Position numbers and translations under genes: made by a program. A stretch of DNA of 44,264 nucleotides from Octopus sinensis (Eukaryota), in contig NW_021834940.1 of NCBI RefSeq assembly GCF_006345805.1, forward strand, positions 1 to 44,264. The letters run 5' to 3'. Below the pieces are notes generated by a model. It was not told the DNA's origin, made no database searches, and was given only the letters and a program-made list of their open reading frames with translations. Shown here piece after piece: positions 1 to 12,497 of this stretch. Positions within the stretch are counted from its first letter, which is position 1; each line of letters starts with the position of its first letter.

Positions 1-939
1 ATGTGTAGCTATACCCGCTTCCACTTCGTCAAAGGCTTCAAGTAACATATCTCTAAATCTCTGTCCATTCGCAGGGGCTTTAAGCTTCCAGACCCTTCTT
101 CTCCATGTTGGTCGTCTTCTAGTCGCCCTCTTAGTCCTGATCCTAAAGTCACTAACTACCAGTCTATGTTGTGGGGTGCATTCTTCGCCTGGGAAGGTTT
201 TGGCATTTTTAAGCAGCCATCTTTCCCTTTTTCTGGCAAGGATGTAGTCGATTTGGCTAGTATGCCGGCCCGATCGGTAGGTGACCAGGTGGCTTGTTGG
301 TTTCCTGAAGTTAGTGTTGCAGACCATAAGACTATTCGCATCGCAGAACTCCAGCAGCCTGGTTCCCTCCTCGTTGCGGGAACCATAACCGTAGCCTCCA
401 TGTACGCCATGGAAGCCCCCAGCATGTCGTCCAACATGCCCATTGAAATCACCAGCCACAAAGAGAAGGTCCCTGTCGTTCGTCGATGAGGTGGTCTGCA
501 GTAGGGTGTCATAGAAACTGTCTTTCTGTCCATCGGGTAGCCCTGGCTGAGGAGCATAGGCCGATATAATGGTTGCTAATCTATTATGAAGCAGGTCCCT
601 GTCGTTCGTCGATGAGGTGGTCTGCAGTAGGGTGTCATAGAAACTGTCTTTCTGTCCATCGGGTAGCCCTGGCTGAGGAGCATAGGCCGATATAATGGTT
701 GCTAATCTATTATGAAGCACTATTCTAATCTTAAGTATTCTGTCACTTACTCTGATTACCTCAATTACTCTATCTATCCATTTCTCAGCGATAAGTATAC
801 CCACGCCACCAACCCCGTCAGTGTTCCCTGCCCAGAAAATCTTGTACCTGTGTTCCTTGCCTGTGAGGACCCTAGCAGATCCTCCTCTCCACCTTATTTC
901 TTGCATACAACATACATCAACACGTCTCCGTTCAAGCAT
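1..939 (-). CDS. RTE ORF, N-terminal APE domain (partial; open to the window edge, not in the ORF track)
   Basis: Manual translation from ATG 939 (MLERRRVDVCCMQE...) has no stop down to base 1 and includes an in-frame 42-aa duplication. Confidence 0.75.
   Translation of the reverse strand, partial: MLERRRVDVCCMQEIRWRGGSARVLTGKEHRYKIFWAGNTDGVGGVGILIAEKWIDRVIEVIRVSDRILKIRIVLHNRLATIISAYAPQPGLPDGQKDSFYDTLLQTTSSTNDRDLLHNRLATIISAYAPQPGLPDGQKDSFYDTLLQTTSSTNDRDLLFVAGDFNGHVGRHAGGFHGVHGGYGYGSRNEEGTRLLEFCDANSLMVCNTNFRKPTSHLVTYRSGRHTSQIDYILARKRERWLLKNAKTFPGEECTPQHRLVVSDFRIRTKRATRRRPTWRRRVWKLKAPANGQRFRDMLLEAFDEVEAGIATH
467..718. repeat. Exact 126-bp tandem duplication inside the RTE ORF
   Basis: 467-592 equals 593-718 (aggtccctgtcgtt...tatgaagc). 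Confidence 0.95.
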
Positions 940-1241
940 CTCGACTATCTCGCCAGACCTACCTTTCAATGTGCCAACGTTGAGGGTGCCCACCCTGAGA
1001 GTGTGGGAGGTGTGGGCCTCTGAGACCCTGGGATGAGGGGCCGCAGTGTTCTGTACCTGAAAAGAAAGCTTGCATTTGCCAGATATCATACTGAGACTCT
1101 AGACTACAACCTGCATAAATTTCAAAGTTTTTGCGCTATATGATCACAATAAACCCTACATAGGGGTGCGGGGGGGTCAAGAAAGATAGAAAACAGAAAC
1201 TTCTGGTTCTGGTGGATGGGTGGGAGGGCGGGGTCACCTCC

Positions 1242-3217
1242 AAGGAACAACAGGTTTTAAGTTAATACGTAGGGAATTTTCTGCGACAGAAATTACTGAA
1301 CATCTAGAAACTTCGGGGTTCGAGAAGAACGTAATATAAATAAGAGAGAGAGAAAATATTTCGTAGGGAATTTAGGGTATCTTTGGGGAAAGGAATAACG
1401 ACGAAGGAACAACAGGTTTTAAGTTAATACGTAGGGAATTTTCTGCAACAGAAATTACTGAACATCTAGAAACTTCGGGGTTCGAGAAGAACGTAATATA
1501 AATAAGAGAGAGAGAAAATATTTCGTAGGGAATTTAGGGTATCTTTGGGGAAAGGAACAACAGGTTTTAAGTTAATACGTAGGGAATTTTCTGCAACAGA
1601 AATTACTGAACATCTAGAAACTTCGGGGTTCGAGAAGAACGTAATATAAATAAGAGAGAGAGAAAATATTTCGTAGGGAACTTAGGGTATCTTTGGGGAA
1701 AGGAATAACGACGAAGGAACAACAGGTTTTAAGTTAATACGTAGGGAATTTTCTGCGAGAGAAATTACTGAACATCTAGAAACTTCGGGGTTCGAGAAGA
1801 ACGTAATATAAATAAGAGAGAGAGAAAATATTTCGTAGGGAATTTAGGGTATCTTTGGGGAAAGGAATAACGACGAAGGAACAACAGGTTTTAAGTTAAT
1901 ACGTAGGAATTTTCTGCGAGAGAAATTACTGAACCTCTAGAAACTTCGGGGTTCGAGAAGAACGTAATATAAATAGAGAGAGAGAAAATATTTCGTAGGG
2001 AATTTAGGGTATCTTTGGGGAAAGGAATAACGACGAAGGAACAACAGGTTTTAAGTTAATACGTAGGGAATTTTCTGCGACAGAAATTACTGAACATCTA
2101 GAAACTTCGGGGTTCGAGAAGAACGTAATATAAATAAGAGAGAGAGAAAATATTCGTAGGGAAGTTAGGGTATCTTGGGGAAAGGAACAACAGGTTTTAA
2201 GTTAATACGTAGGGAATTTTCTGCAACAGAAATTACTGAACATCTAGAACTTCGGGGTTCGAGAAGAACGTAATATAAATAAGAGAGAGAGAAAATATTT
2301 CGTAGGGAACTTAGGGTATCTTGGGGAAAGGAATAACGACGAAGGAACAACAGGTTTTAAGTTATACGTAGGGATTTTCTGCGACAGAAATTACTGAACA
2401 TCTAGAACTTCGGGGTCGAGAAGAACGTAATATAAATAAGAGAGAGAGAAAATATTTCGTAGGGAATTTAGGTATCTTTGGGGAAAGGAATAACGACGAA
2501 GGACAACAGGTTTTAAGTTAATACGTAGGAATTTTCTGCACAGAAATTACTGAACATCTAGAAACTTCGGGGTTCGAGAAGAACGTAATATAAATAAGAG
2601 AGAGAAAATATTTCGTAGGGAATTTAGGGTATCTTTGGGGAAAGGAATAACGACGAAGGAACAACAGGTTTTAAGTTAATACGTAGGGAATTTTCTGCAA
2701 CAGAAATTACTGAACATCTAGAAACTTCGGGGTTCGAGAAGAACGTAATATAAATAAGAGAGAGAGAAAATATTTCGTAGGGAATTTAGGGTATCTTTGG
2801 GGAAAGGAATAACGACGAAGGAACAACAGGTTTTAAGTTAATACGTAGGGAATTTTCTGCGACAGAAATTACTGAACATCTAGAAACTTCGGGGTTCGAG
2901 AAGAACGTAATATAAATAAGAGAGAGAGAAAATATTTCGTAGGGAATTTAGGGTATCTTTGGGGAAAGGAATAACGACGAAGGAACAACAGGTTTTAAGT
3001 TAATACGTAGGGAATTTTCTGCGACAGAAATTACTGAACATCTAGAAACTTCGGGGTTCGAGAAGAACGTAATATAAATGAGAGAGAAAATATTTCGTAG
3101 GGAATTTAGGGTATCTTTGGGGAAAGGAATAACGACGAAGGAACAACAGGTTTTAAGTTAATACGTAGGGAATTTTCTGCGACAGAAATTACTGAACATC
3201 TAGAAACTTCGGGGTTC
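1242..3217. repeat. Tandem array of a ~162-bp monomer, about 12.5 copies
   Basis: aaggaacaacaggttttaag starts near 1242, 1404, 1552, 1714, 1876, 2036, 2182, 2342, 2499, 2656, 2818, 2980 and 3138. Two units lack the 14-bp aataacgacgaagg. Confidence 0.97.
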
Positions 3218-3432
3218 GATTAAAACATAATATAAATAGGAGGGAGAGAGAGAATATTGTAGTGAATTCTGGGGATGGAATAACAACGGGATGACACTGA
3301 AATTAAAGGAGGAATTTAAAATGCATGACAGACAGGAAGCCATGCATACAAGATGGCGAAACAAATAATAGAGAAACGGGATTTAGAGTTACGAATCAAC
3401 GCTTAAAAAATGAATATGAATGACAGGTTGTA
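3218..3432. repeat. Array-flanking segment (diverged terminal monomer plus ~130 bp unique), repeated at 14655-14870
   Basis: cgattaaaacataatataaatagg...gaatgacaggttgta is near-identical in both places. Confidence 0.9.
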
Positions 3433-3751
3433 AGTTAAATTCGCTTAGCTGGTCATTTTTCGAGTCAGTGTTTTGTCAGCAAGATGTAGAATCGAGAAGA
3501 CGTATTTCTTTATTATGATTATAAAAATTCGATTACACAGAAGGACAAATACAGGACATACATACAAAAAACATTTAAGAGATTCGATTAAAAATTTTCA
3601 TTTACATTTGGATTATTCATTATAACATAAATGTCCTTTACATGACCAGTAGAACAAACAACAGTACATGAACTTATAATCTCACCGGAGTTTTTACACC
3701 CCGGCAATTTATGAGGCCCCGCAGCTTTTATTTCCTCTCCTTCCTCCATGG

Positions 3752-6700
3752 TCAAGCTGGGTTTCTGACACCCACCTTTTTTTCCACTTCCTTCCATCTT
3801 TTCTCATACACACCCCGCGGTAAGATCCTCTTTTCCAGCCCCATTTTGCTCTTCAGATGATATCTGAAGTAAGTGAGCAAGCTAGGGCCGGAGACAAAGG
3901 ATCCTATCGCGGCTCCTTCCATTCTTGTTCTCCACATGCATTCTTTTACTACTGCAACCGTGCAGTGAAAACATGCCTCACCTTCCTTCGAGAGTCCAGT
4001 TGGCGGTATCATCTTAATCATAGACTCAGCCGACTGCTGTACTCGTCCCAGATGCGATAACACGTGTTCTGCGTAACTTATCAAGTCGGACAACTTCCGA
4101 CAGTGAACAAAAGCGTGCTGGACGGTTTCATCGTCCAACTCGCACCTTGGACACGTCGGTGGCACTGAAACTCCGTGCCGCGATAACTTCTCGCGAACAG
4201 GTAAAGCATTCCTATAGCACTGCCAGGCCAGGGATCTTTGGAAATTATCCAAATACCCCGACCTGAAAGTTTTTTTAAACAGGTTGGTAAGCTGGTCTTC
4301 GTCAAACCCCAGAGCCCCTCCTAGGACGTCGTCGTTTTTTGCCTCTACCAGCTTTCTATAAAATACCGAGGTGGTATTTCCGCAGCCGGCCTTGCCCGCC
4401 TTGTGGATCAGCGTGAGTGCCTGTCGGCACTCCTTTTGCCATGGAGTCAGTTTCCATCTTTTGATGTAACCGGGTTTAAAATTCACTAAGGAGGCCGGTC
4501 TCGGGAAAAATCCCCCTGCCAGCGGACTCCACACCTTATCACCTTCCAGGTGGTGCCAGAGATGCCTTAGCCTCAACGCATGTCTGCGCATCATCAACCA
4601 AGGCATTCCTAACCCACCCTTTAACGGTTCCTGGCAGCAAACGGAGCGCCTCACAAGTGGCCTTCTTCCTTTCCACAAAAAGCGGAAAAGGATTCGCTCC
4701 AACTTGTTAAGCCATGAATCGGGGCAAGGGACAACGGTCAGGCGGTAGGTGATTACAGATGCAATGAACATCTGCACCACCTCCGCCTTTCCTTTCAAGG
4801 ACAGAAACCTTCCGGACCAGGTCCGTACTATGGCCTCCACCTTGCTTGTCACCTCACTCCAGTTCTTCTCCGTTTGGGAGTCTGGCCCAAACCAAACTCC
4901 CAGCAACTTAACAGGGCCATCCGTCCAGTGTCCCACGACACTGGACGATATCGACTTGCTCCTCCAGGTGCCGAGGCGCAAGCCAACCGATTTGTCCTTG
5001 TTAACCTTTGCTCCTGCCACCGCCTCGTATCCTCTGATAGCCTCCTCTACACAAGGTAGTTGGGCCTCTTTGGACACGATGAGGGTGACGTCATCCGCAT
5101 AAGCAGTAACCGTCCTCCCACCTCCGATTTCATCCGAGTTACTCCCCAGCCTCTCCAACCTTCGCAGCAATGGCTCAAGAGCCAATACGTACAAAAGTGG
5201 TGACAAGGGGCACCCCTGACGCACTGAACACTCGATCGAAAACGGTTCCGTTAGGTAACCGTTTATCTGGACGGTGGACTTGATGCCGCTATACATAGCG
5301 GAGATCCACCCGCGAAATTCAGGGCCCAGCCCAGCCGCTTCGAGGACCGTCGCCAGGTACCCATGGTCTACCCTATCGAAGGCTTTACTTTGGTCTAAAT
5401 GGACCATTACCCCGCCTTTGCCGGCTAATTTACCCACCCTATCTAAGGTGTAGCGTATAAGGTGAAGGTTGTCCTGGATCGACCTGCCTGGAATTGCACA
5501 TGTCTGTGCTCTCCCTACAAGTTTCTCCACGACAACCGTCAACCTTTTTGCCAACACCTTGGCCAAAATCTTTAACTCTACATTAAGTAGAGTTATGGGC
5601 CTGTAGTTACTAATGTTATCCCCCTTGCTCGGGTCTTTCTGGATTAGCGTCACCACTCCCCGGCTTACAGAACTGGGAATTCTCCCATTCTGCTGCCAGT
5701 TCGTGTAGACGCCCGCCAGTATTCCCCCGAACAAGTCCGGCATACTTTGGTAAAACTCGTAGGGCAGACCATCCAACCCCGGCGACTTCTCCCCGGCGCA
5801 TCCGGCCAGTATCTCCTTTATCTCCGCGGGAGTGATCGCTCCTTCACAGCACTCCACCTCACGCCCCGCGAGCCGCGGTCCGCCGGCTAGGAAGTCCTTT
5901 AAGGCTCTCCCCCGATCCAGCGAACCACCACCCCCGAACACGCGAGCGAAATGCTGGTGAAGAAACTTTTGCATCTCCTCCTGTCCATAGATCTTTTGTC
6001 CCTGTTCGTCAGTCAAAGATTTGATTGAGGCTCTGTTGCCTCTCTGACTCTCCACACGACGGGCCCATCCGGCCACGTTAATACCTTCTCGTTTCCCAGC
6101 GCGTAGCTTAGCTCTGACTCTGCAACCTTCGTGTTTGGAGTTAAGGTGACGGTACAATACCGTCCTTGCCGCCATCACTCCGGATGCAGAGCCAGCTTCC
6201 ATTGCCTCGTCTAGATTCTTAACTAAATCGCCCTCTAGACTAGCCTTATCTATCCTTAGCTGATTGCTAAATCTAACGGACTCTAACGAATGGCTCTTTT
6301 GAGGGCGTGCCACCATCTATTGTTAATGATGGTGCCACACAATGCCCTCTGAACTAACACCTTAATCCGGGTACGGAAGTCTTCACAATTCAAAATAGCC
6401 TTGTTCAGCTTCCAGTACCCGGGTCCCTGTCTATGACACTTGTCTAATTGCATCTCACACGTCACAAATTTGTGATCCGAGTAAGGTACAATATGAAATT
6501 GTGGACAACTAAACGTATCCTTATCTCTTTTCTTAATAAATATCCTATCTAGATACGATCTGTGTGAGCCGTCGTTGTTACTCCACGTCCACTGTGGAAC
6601 GCTCGGCTCATCCAGTCGGTAACGGTCCACTAGATCAAAGCTCTCTAGTAGACCCTTGAGGCTAGGGTTCCCCTTCCTATTGGTTGAGCCAACATTGTCG

Positions 6701-7140
6701 ATGTGCGCTTCAAGGACAGTGTTAAAGTCCCCTACTAGGATTACTGTTTTCGACGTCGCTAAAAAGGGCTCCAGGTTCCCAAAAAAACCCGTCTGTCTAC
6801 CCTCGTTCGGGGCGTAGACAGCTACCAACCTGAAGGACTGTTTACTTACGTGAGTCACATCCAGGACAACCAGCCTGCCTTCTGGGTCCAGAAAGACAGT
6901 ACTTACCTGCAAGTCCAAGCTCTTCCTGATGAAGACTGCCACGCCTCTGCCTCCTCCTCGGCTAGGAGAAATAAATTTCTCGAAACCATTTAGAAGAGGC
7001 GAGAACGCTTGGGTCTCGCTCATCTTGGACTCGGTTGCAATAGCTATATCTACACCATGTGTCGTGAGGTCGTTCAGGAAACAAATTTGTTTCCGTTTCG
7101 ACCCCATTCCACGTACATTTATACAACCCAGCTTAGCCAT
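3752..7140 (-). CDS. Tx1-like ORF2 (APE endonuclease, RT, C-terminal zinc-binding motif), split by one frameshift near 6290
   Basis: GCINVRG, TE, VYAP, GDFN, LDRIF and SDH (APE). QGCPLSP and YADD (RT). CPRC...HAFVHC at the C-terminus. Confidence 0.92.
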
Positions 7141-7167
7141 TGTGGGTGAGAGAGAAAAATAATGTAC

Positions 7168-8590
7168 TCACGGTTGGGAAAGGGAGCATGACAGTTTAAA
7201 TCTGCCTGCTTCCCCTTCTTCCGCTGCTGCAGGGCTCTTGACCGGCGTTGCCACTGGGCTCTGGGTGGGTGTGGTTGCCGGGGTTATTATCAGTTTGCCC
7301 TCCATTACCTCTTTGGTCACGTCTCTTATCAGTCGGTTCCTCAGATGTTCCTGAAAACCTCCTCCTTCCACTCGTCCTCCCCTACCTTCGCAAGCGAGCG
7401 GTTGCTTTCCCATCTGTGGTTCTACTATACAATATAAATCTCGAAAGTTTACAACATTTGTAAACTCTTTCGTTTTTCTCGTCGAAAGCTATGATCCTCT
7501 CGTTCTTATGCAAACACTTTTTAATGTCTTGTTTTATGGGGAGGGGCTTGGCAAACTGTTTTCCAATGAAAACAGTGCCATGGGGGTAGGGTTGGGGGAT
7601 TTGCTTGGTGTGTGTGTCTGCTGTGTTTGCTGTTTTTTTCTTTGTTTGGGGAGGGGAGTCCTGGGTATTATCTTTTTTTCTTTTATGAGTGACTTGTGTG
7701 TAGTCCATTGGTTCTGTATGGTCCGCTTTTGTTTCCGTACTTGTCTTCGTCTTTTTGTTGTCTTTTCCTGTTTCCTCCCCTTCAGTGTTAGGGACACTTG
7801 GAGGAGGCGCTTCTTCTGTTCTTTTCTTCTTAATACAATTGGATCGGACGTGACCCTTCTCTCCACACTTGAAGCATCTGGGTCTACGTCCCTCTACCGA
7901 AACTCTCATGGACGTACCGTCCTCATTGAAGATTCTGTCGGGCAGGTTTTCTAAGATTTTGTTCTCTGCCTGCACGAGGAGTTCCAGAGTCTGACCCTTC
8001 CACCGCACTACCTCTTTCCTTCTCATCTGCAGTATTGATATCTCTCGTTCAATGTTGTGCAGGACCGCCGCTGCTACCCACATGATGTCGTACCCTCTGG
8101 GTATGTCTTCTACTAGTAACTTCGCTGTACGCTTCCCCATGTACGAGGGTAGCAGCATGATGTCGTCGTTTTTTAGGGTCAACGACGACACCTCTCTCGC
8201 TACCTCGGCTGTGTCGAAATGTGCCTCGACTGTAGCACTGCGTGCACCTCTAACGATATGACGAATTTTGTCCCACACCGGGGACAGGCACTTTTCTACC
8301 ATCTCGTTCTTTACATCCATAATCTTCTTTTCTTTGAAGCTGTATACTTTATAGATTACTATTCTTTCTCTGATCTCTTGTACCTTTGCCTGCGGCGGTA
8401 CAAGCCTTATCTCGCCTCATTCCACTTTTACCAGGTTCCTGAATTCGTATAGCTGTTCGATTTTAAACTCGACATCCATCATGGCGCCGCCTACCGCGGC
8501 CGAAAATGACTGTTTGGGTACTTGTTTTTCCATATTTTCACTTTTTCCCATCACGGGAAAATCCTTCTTCGACGTCAAGTCGAACTCCAT
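7168..8590 (-). CDS. Tx1-like ORF1 with a CCHC zinc knuckle, frameshifted near 7390 and 8400
   Basis: CFKCGEKGHVRSNC (C-x2-C-x4-H-x4-C). Colinear with the intact ORF1 of copy B. Confidence 0.88.
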
Positions 8591-9081
8591 TTCAAAAATT
8601 ACCTCCAAGGTAACAAAAATGCAGGTAATACAAAATTTTCTGCCCCGTAGGGCGAAAATTACCGTTTTACAACGGGCACTGTTCAAAACAGTTAGCACAA
8701 ACAATAATATCACAAATCCGAACTCTCTTAAATGGAAGCAGCAATTTTCTCACAACGCAGACGGAAAAAGAAAGCAATAATGAGAAGAATCGAGAAGTGG
8801 TATTTCTTTATTATGATTATAAAATCAAACATAGAAGGACAAATACAGGACATACATGCAAAAACACAAAAAAAAAAAAAAAAAAAAAAAACATTTAAGA
8901 GATTCGTTTTAAAAATTTTTCGTTTACATTTGAATTATTCATTTATAAAAATAAAAATAAATGTCTTTTACATGACCTAGTAGTATAAACCACAGTATAT
9001 AACTTATGATCTTCACTGGAGCCTTACACCCCGGCAATTTATGAGGCCCTGCAGCTTCCACTTCCTCTCTCTCTTCCATGG

Positions 9082-12000
9082 TCAAGCTGGGTTTCTGACA
9101 CCCACCTTTTTTTCTACTTCCTTCCATCTTTTCTCATACACACTCCGCGGTAAGATCCTCTTCTCCAGCCCCATTTTGCTCTTCAGATGATATCTGAAGT
9201 AAGTGAGCAAGCTGGGGCCGGAGACAAAGGATCCTATCGCGGCTCCTTCCATTCTCGTTCTCCACATGCATTCCTTTACTACTGCAACCGTGCAGTGAAA
9301 ACATGCCTCACCTTCCTTCGAGAGTCCAGTTGGCGGTATCATCTTAATCATAGACTCAGCCGACAGCTGTACTCGTCCCAGATGCGATAACACGTGTTCT
9401 GCGTAACTTATCAAGTCGGACAACTTCCGACAGTGAACAAAAGCGTGCTGGACGGTTTCATCGTCCAACTCGCACCTTGGACACGTCGGTGGCACTGAAA
9501 CTCCGTGCCGCGATAACTTCTCGCGAACAGGTAAAGCATTCCTATAGCACTGCCAGGCCAGGGATCTTTGGAAATTATCCAAATACCCCGACCTGAAAGT
9601 TTTTTTAAACAGGTTGGCAAGCTGGTCTTCATCAAACCCCAGAGCCCCTCCTAGGACGTCGTCGTTTTTTGCCTCTACCAGCCCTCTATAAAATACCGAG
9701 GTGGTATTTCCGCAGCCGGCCTTGCCCGCCTTGTGGATCAGCGTGAGTGCCTGTCGACACTCCTTTTGCCATGGGGTCAGTTTCCATCTTTTGATGTAAC
9801 CGGGTTTAAAATTCACTAAGGAGGCCGGTCTCGGGAAAATCCTCCCCCTGCCAGCGGACTCCACACCTTATCACCCTCCAGGTGGTGCCAGAGATGCCTT
9901 AGCCTCAACGCATGTCTGCGCATCATCAACCAAGGCATCCCTAACCCACCCTTTAACGGTTCTTGACAGCAAACGGAGCGCCTCACCAGTGGCTTTCCTC
10001 CTTTCCACAAAAAGCGGAAAAGGATTCGTTCCAACTTGTTAAGCCATGAATCGGGGCAAGGGACAACGGTCAGGCGGTAGGTGATTACAGATGCAATGAA
10101 CATCTGCACCACCTCCGCCTTCCCTTTCAAGGACAGAGACCTTCCGGACCAGGTCCGTACTATGGCCTCCACCTTGCTTGTCACCTCACTCCAGTTCTTC
10201 TCCGTTTGGGAGTCTGGTCCAACCAAACTCCCAGCAACTTAACAGGGCCATCCGTCCAGTGTCCCACGACACTGGACGATATCGACTTGCTCCTCCAGGT
10301 GCCGAGGCGCAAGCCAACCGATTTGTCCTTGTTAACCTTGCTCCTGCCACCGCCTCGTATCCTCTGATAGCCTCCTCTACACAAGGTAGTTGGGCCTCTT
10401 TGGACACGATGAGGGTGACGTCATCCGCATAAGCAGTAACCGTCCTCCCACCTCCGATTTCATCCGAGTTACTCCCTAGCCTCTCCAACTTTCGCAGCAG
10501 TGGCTCAAGAGCCAATACGTACAAAAGTGGTGACAAGGGGCACCCCTGACGCACTGAACACTCGATCGAAAACGGTTCCGTTAGGTAACCGTTTATCTGG
10601 ACGGTGGACTTGATGCCGCTATACATAGCGGAGATCCACCCGCGAAATTCAGGGCCCAACCCAGCCGCTTCGAGGACTGCCGCCAGGTACCCATGGTCTA
10701 CCCTATCGAAGGCTTTACTTTGGTCTAAATGGACCATTACCCCGCCTTTGCCGGCTAATTTACCCACCCTATCTAAGGTGTAGCGTATAAGGTGAAGATT
10801 GTCCTGGATCGACCTGCCTGGAATTGCACATGTCTGTGCTCTCCCTACAAGTTTCTCCACGACAACCGTCAACCTTTTTGCTAACACCTTGGCCAAAATC
10901 TTTAACTCTACATTAAGTAGAGTTATGGGCCTATAATTACTAATATTATCCCCCTTGCTCGGGTCTTTCTGGATTAGCGTCACCACTCCCCGGCTTACAG
11001 AACTGGGAATTCTCCCGTTCTGCTGCCAGTTCGTGTAGACGCCCGCCAGTATTCCCCCGAACAAGTCCGGCATACTTTGGTAAAACTCGTAGGGCAGACC
11101 ATCCAACCCCGGCGACTTCTCCCCGGCGCATCCGGCCAGTATCTCCCTTATCTCCGCGGGAGTGATCGCTCCTTCACAGCACTCCACCTCACGCCCCGCG
11201 AGCCGCGGTCCGCCGGCTAGGAAGTCCTTTAAGGCCCTCCCCCGATCCAGCGAACCACCACCCCCGAACACGCGAGCGAAATGCTGGTGAAGAAACTTTT
11301 GCATCTCCTCCTGTCCATAGATCTTTTGTCCCTGTTCGTCAGTCAAAGATTTGATTGAGGCTCTGTTGCCTCTCTGACTCTCCACACGACGGGCCCATCC
11401 GGCCACGTTAATACCTTCTCGTTTCCCAGCGCGTAGCTTAGCTCTGACTCTGCAACCTTCGTGTTTGGAGTTAAGGTGACGGTACAATACCGTCCTTGCC
11501 GCCATCACTCCGGATGCAGAGCCAGCTTCCATTGCCTCGTCTAGATTCTTAACTAAATCGCCCTCTAGACTAGCCTTATCTATCCTTAGCTGATTGCTAA
11601 ATCTAACGGACTCTAAACGAATGGCTCTTTTGAGGGCGTGCCACCATCTATTGTTAATGATGGTGCCACACAATGCCCTCTGAACTAACACCTTAATCCG
11701 GGTACGGAAGTCTTCACAATTCAAAATAGCCTTGTTCAGCTTCCAGTACCCGGGTCCCTGTCTATGACACTTGTCTAATTGCACCTCACACGTCACAAAT
11801 TTGTGATCCGAGTAAGGTACAATATGAAATTGTGGACAACTAAACGTATCCTTATCTCTTTTCTTAATAAATATCCTATCTAGATACGATCTGTGTGAGC
11901 CGTCGTTGTTACTCCACGTCCACTGTGGAACGCTCGGCTCATCCAGTCGGTAACGGTCCACTAGATCAAAGCTCTCTAGTAGACCCTTGAGGCTAGGGTT

Positions 12001-12470
12001 CCCCTTCCTATGGGTTGAGCCACATTGTCGATGTGCGCTTCAAGGACAGTGTTAAAGTCCCCTACTAGGATTACTGTTTTCGACGTCGCTAAAAAGGGCT
12101 CCAGGTTCCCAAAAAAACCCGTCTGTCTACCCTCGTTCGGGGCGTAGACAGCTACCAACCTGAAGGACTGTTTACTTACGTGAGTCACATCCAGGACAAC
12201 CAGCCTGCCTTCTGGGTCCAGAAAGACAGTACTTACCTGCAAGTCCAAGCTCTTCCTGATGAAGACTGCCACGCCTCTGCCTCCTCCTCGGCTAGGAGAA
12301 ATAAATTTCTCGAAACCATTTAGAAGAGGCGAGAACGCTTGGGTCTCGCTCATCTTGGACTCGGTTGCAATAGCAATATTTACACCATGTGTCGTGAGGT
12401 CGTTCAGGAAACAAATTTGTTTCCTTTTCGACCCCATTCCACGTACATTTATACAACCCAGCTTAGCCAT
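9082..12470 (-). CDS. Tx1-like ORF2 of copy B, several single-base frameshifts
   Basis: Pieces 11976-12470, 10186-11961, 9816-10226 and 9082-9864 are near-identical to ORF2 of copy A. Confidence 0.9.
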
Positions 12471-12497
12471 TGTGGGTGAGAGAGAAAAATAATGTAC

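Larger units (their letters stand above)
1..1060 (-). mobile_element. RTE-clade non-LTR retrotransposon, 5' part (APE endonuclease region), runs off the left edge
   Basis: Minus strand translates LRVGTLNVGTL...CCMQEIRW...SAYAPQ...AGDFNGHVG...IDYIL...QHRLVV, which are APE motifs. Homologous to the RTE at 36296-39703. Confidence 0.9.
3503..8800 (-). mobile_element. Tx1/L1-group non-LTR retrotransposon, copy A, apparently full length
   Basis: ORF1 with a CCHC knuckle and ORF2 with APE+RT+C-terminal Cys/His motif. AATAAA at the 3' end. Same 5' terminus as copy B. Confidence 0.92.

Noticed and set aside
1040-1130. Splice acceptor (ctttcttttcag|G, minus strand) linking the cassette to the RTE ORF
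   Set aside because: One acceptor-like motif with no convincing donor or transcript evidence; could be chance.
1242-3217. CRISPR-like or ribozyme-bearing array (also considered for the 35-bp repeat at 40432-40730)
   Set aside because: Contiguous monomers with no unique spacers, eukaryotic context, no cas genes, and no CTGANGA core seen.
8801-8830. HeT-A-like promoter donated by the 3' end of copy B to copy A
   Set aside because: The TATAAT there lies at -23 from the Initiator, outside canonical spacing, in an AT-rich UTR.
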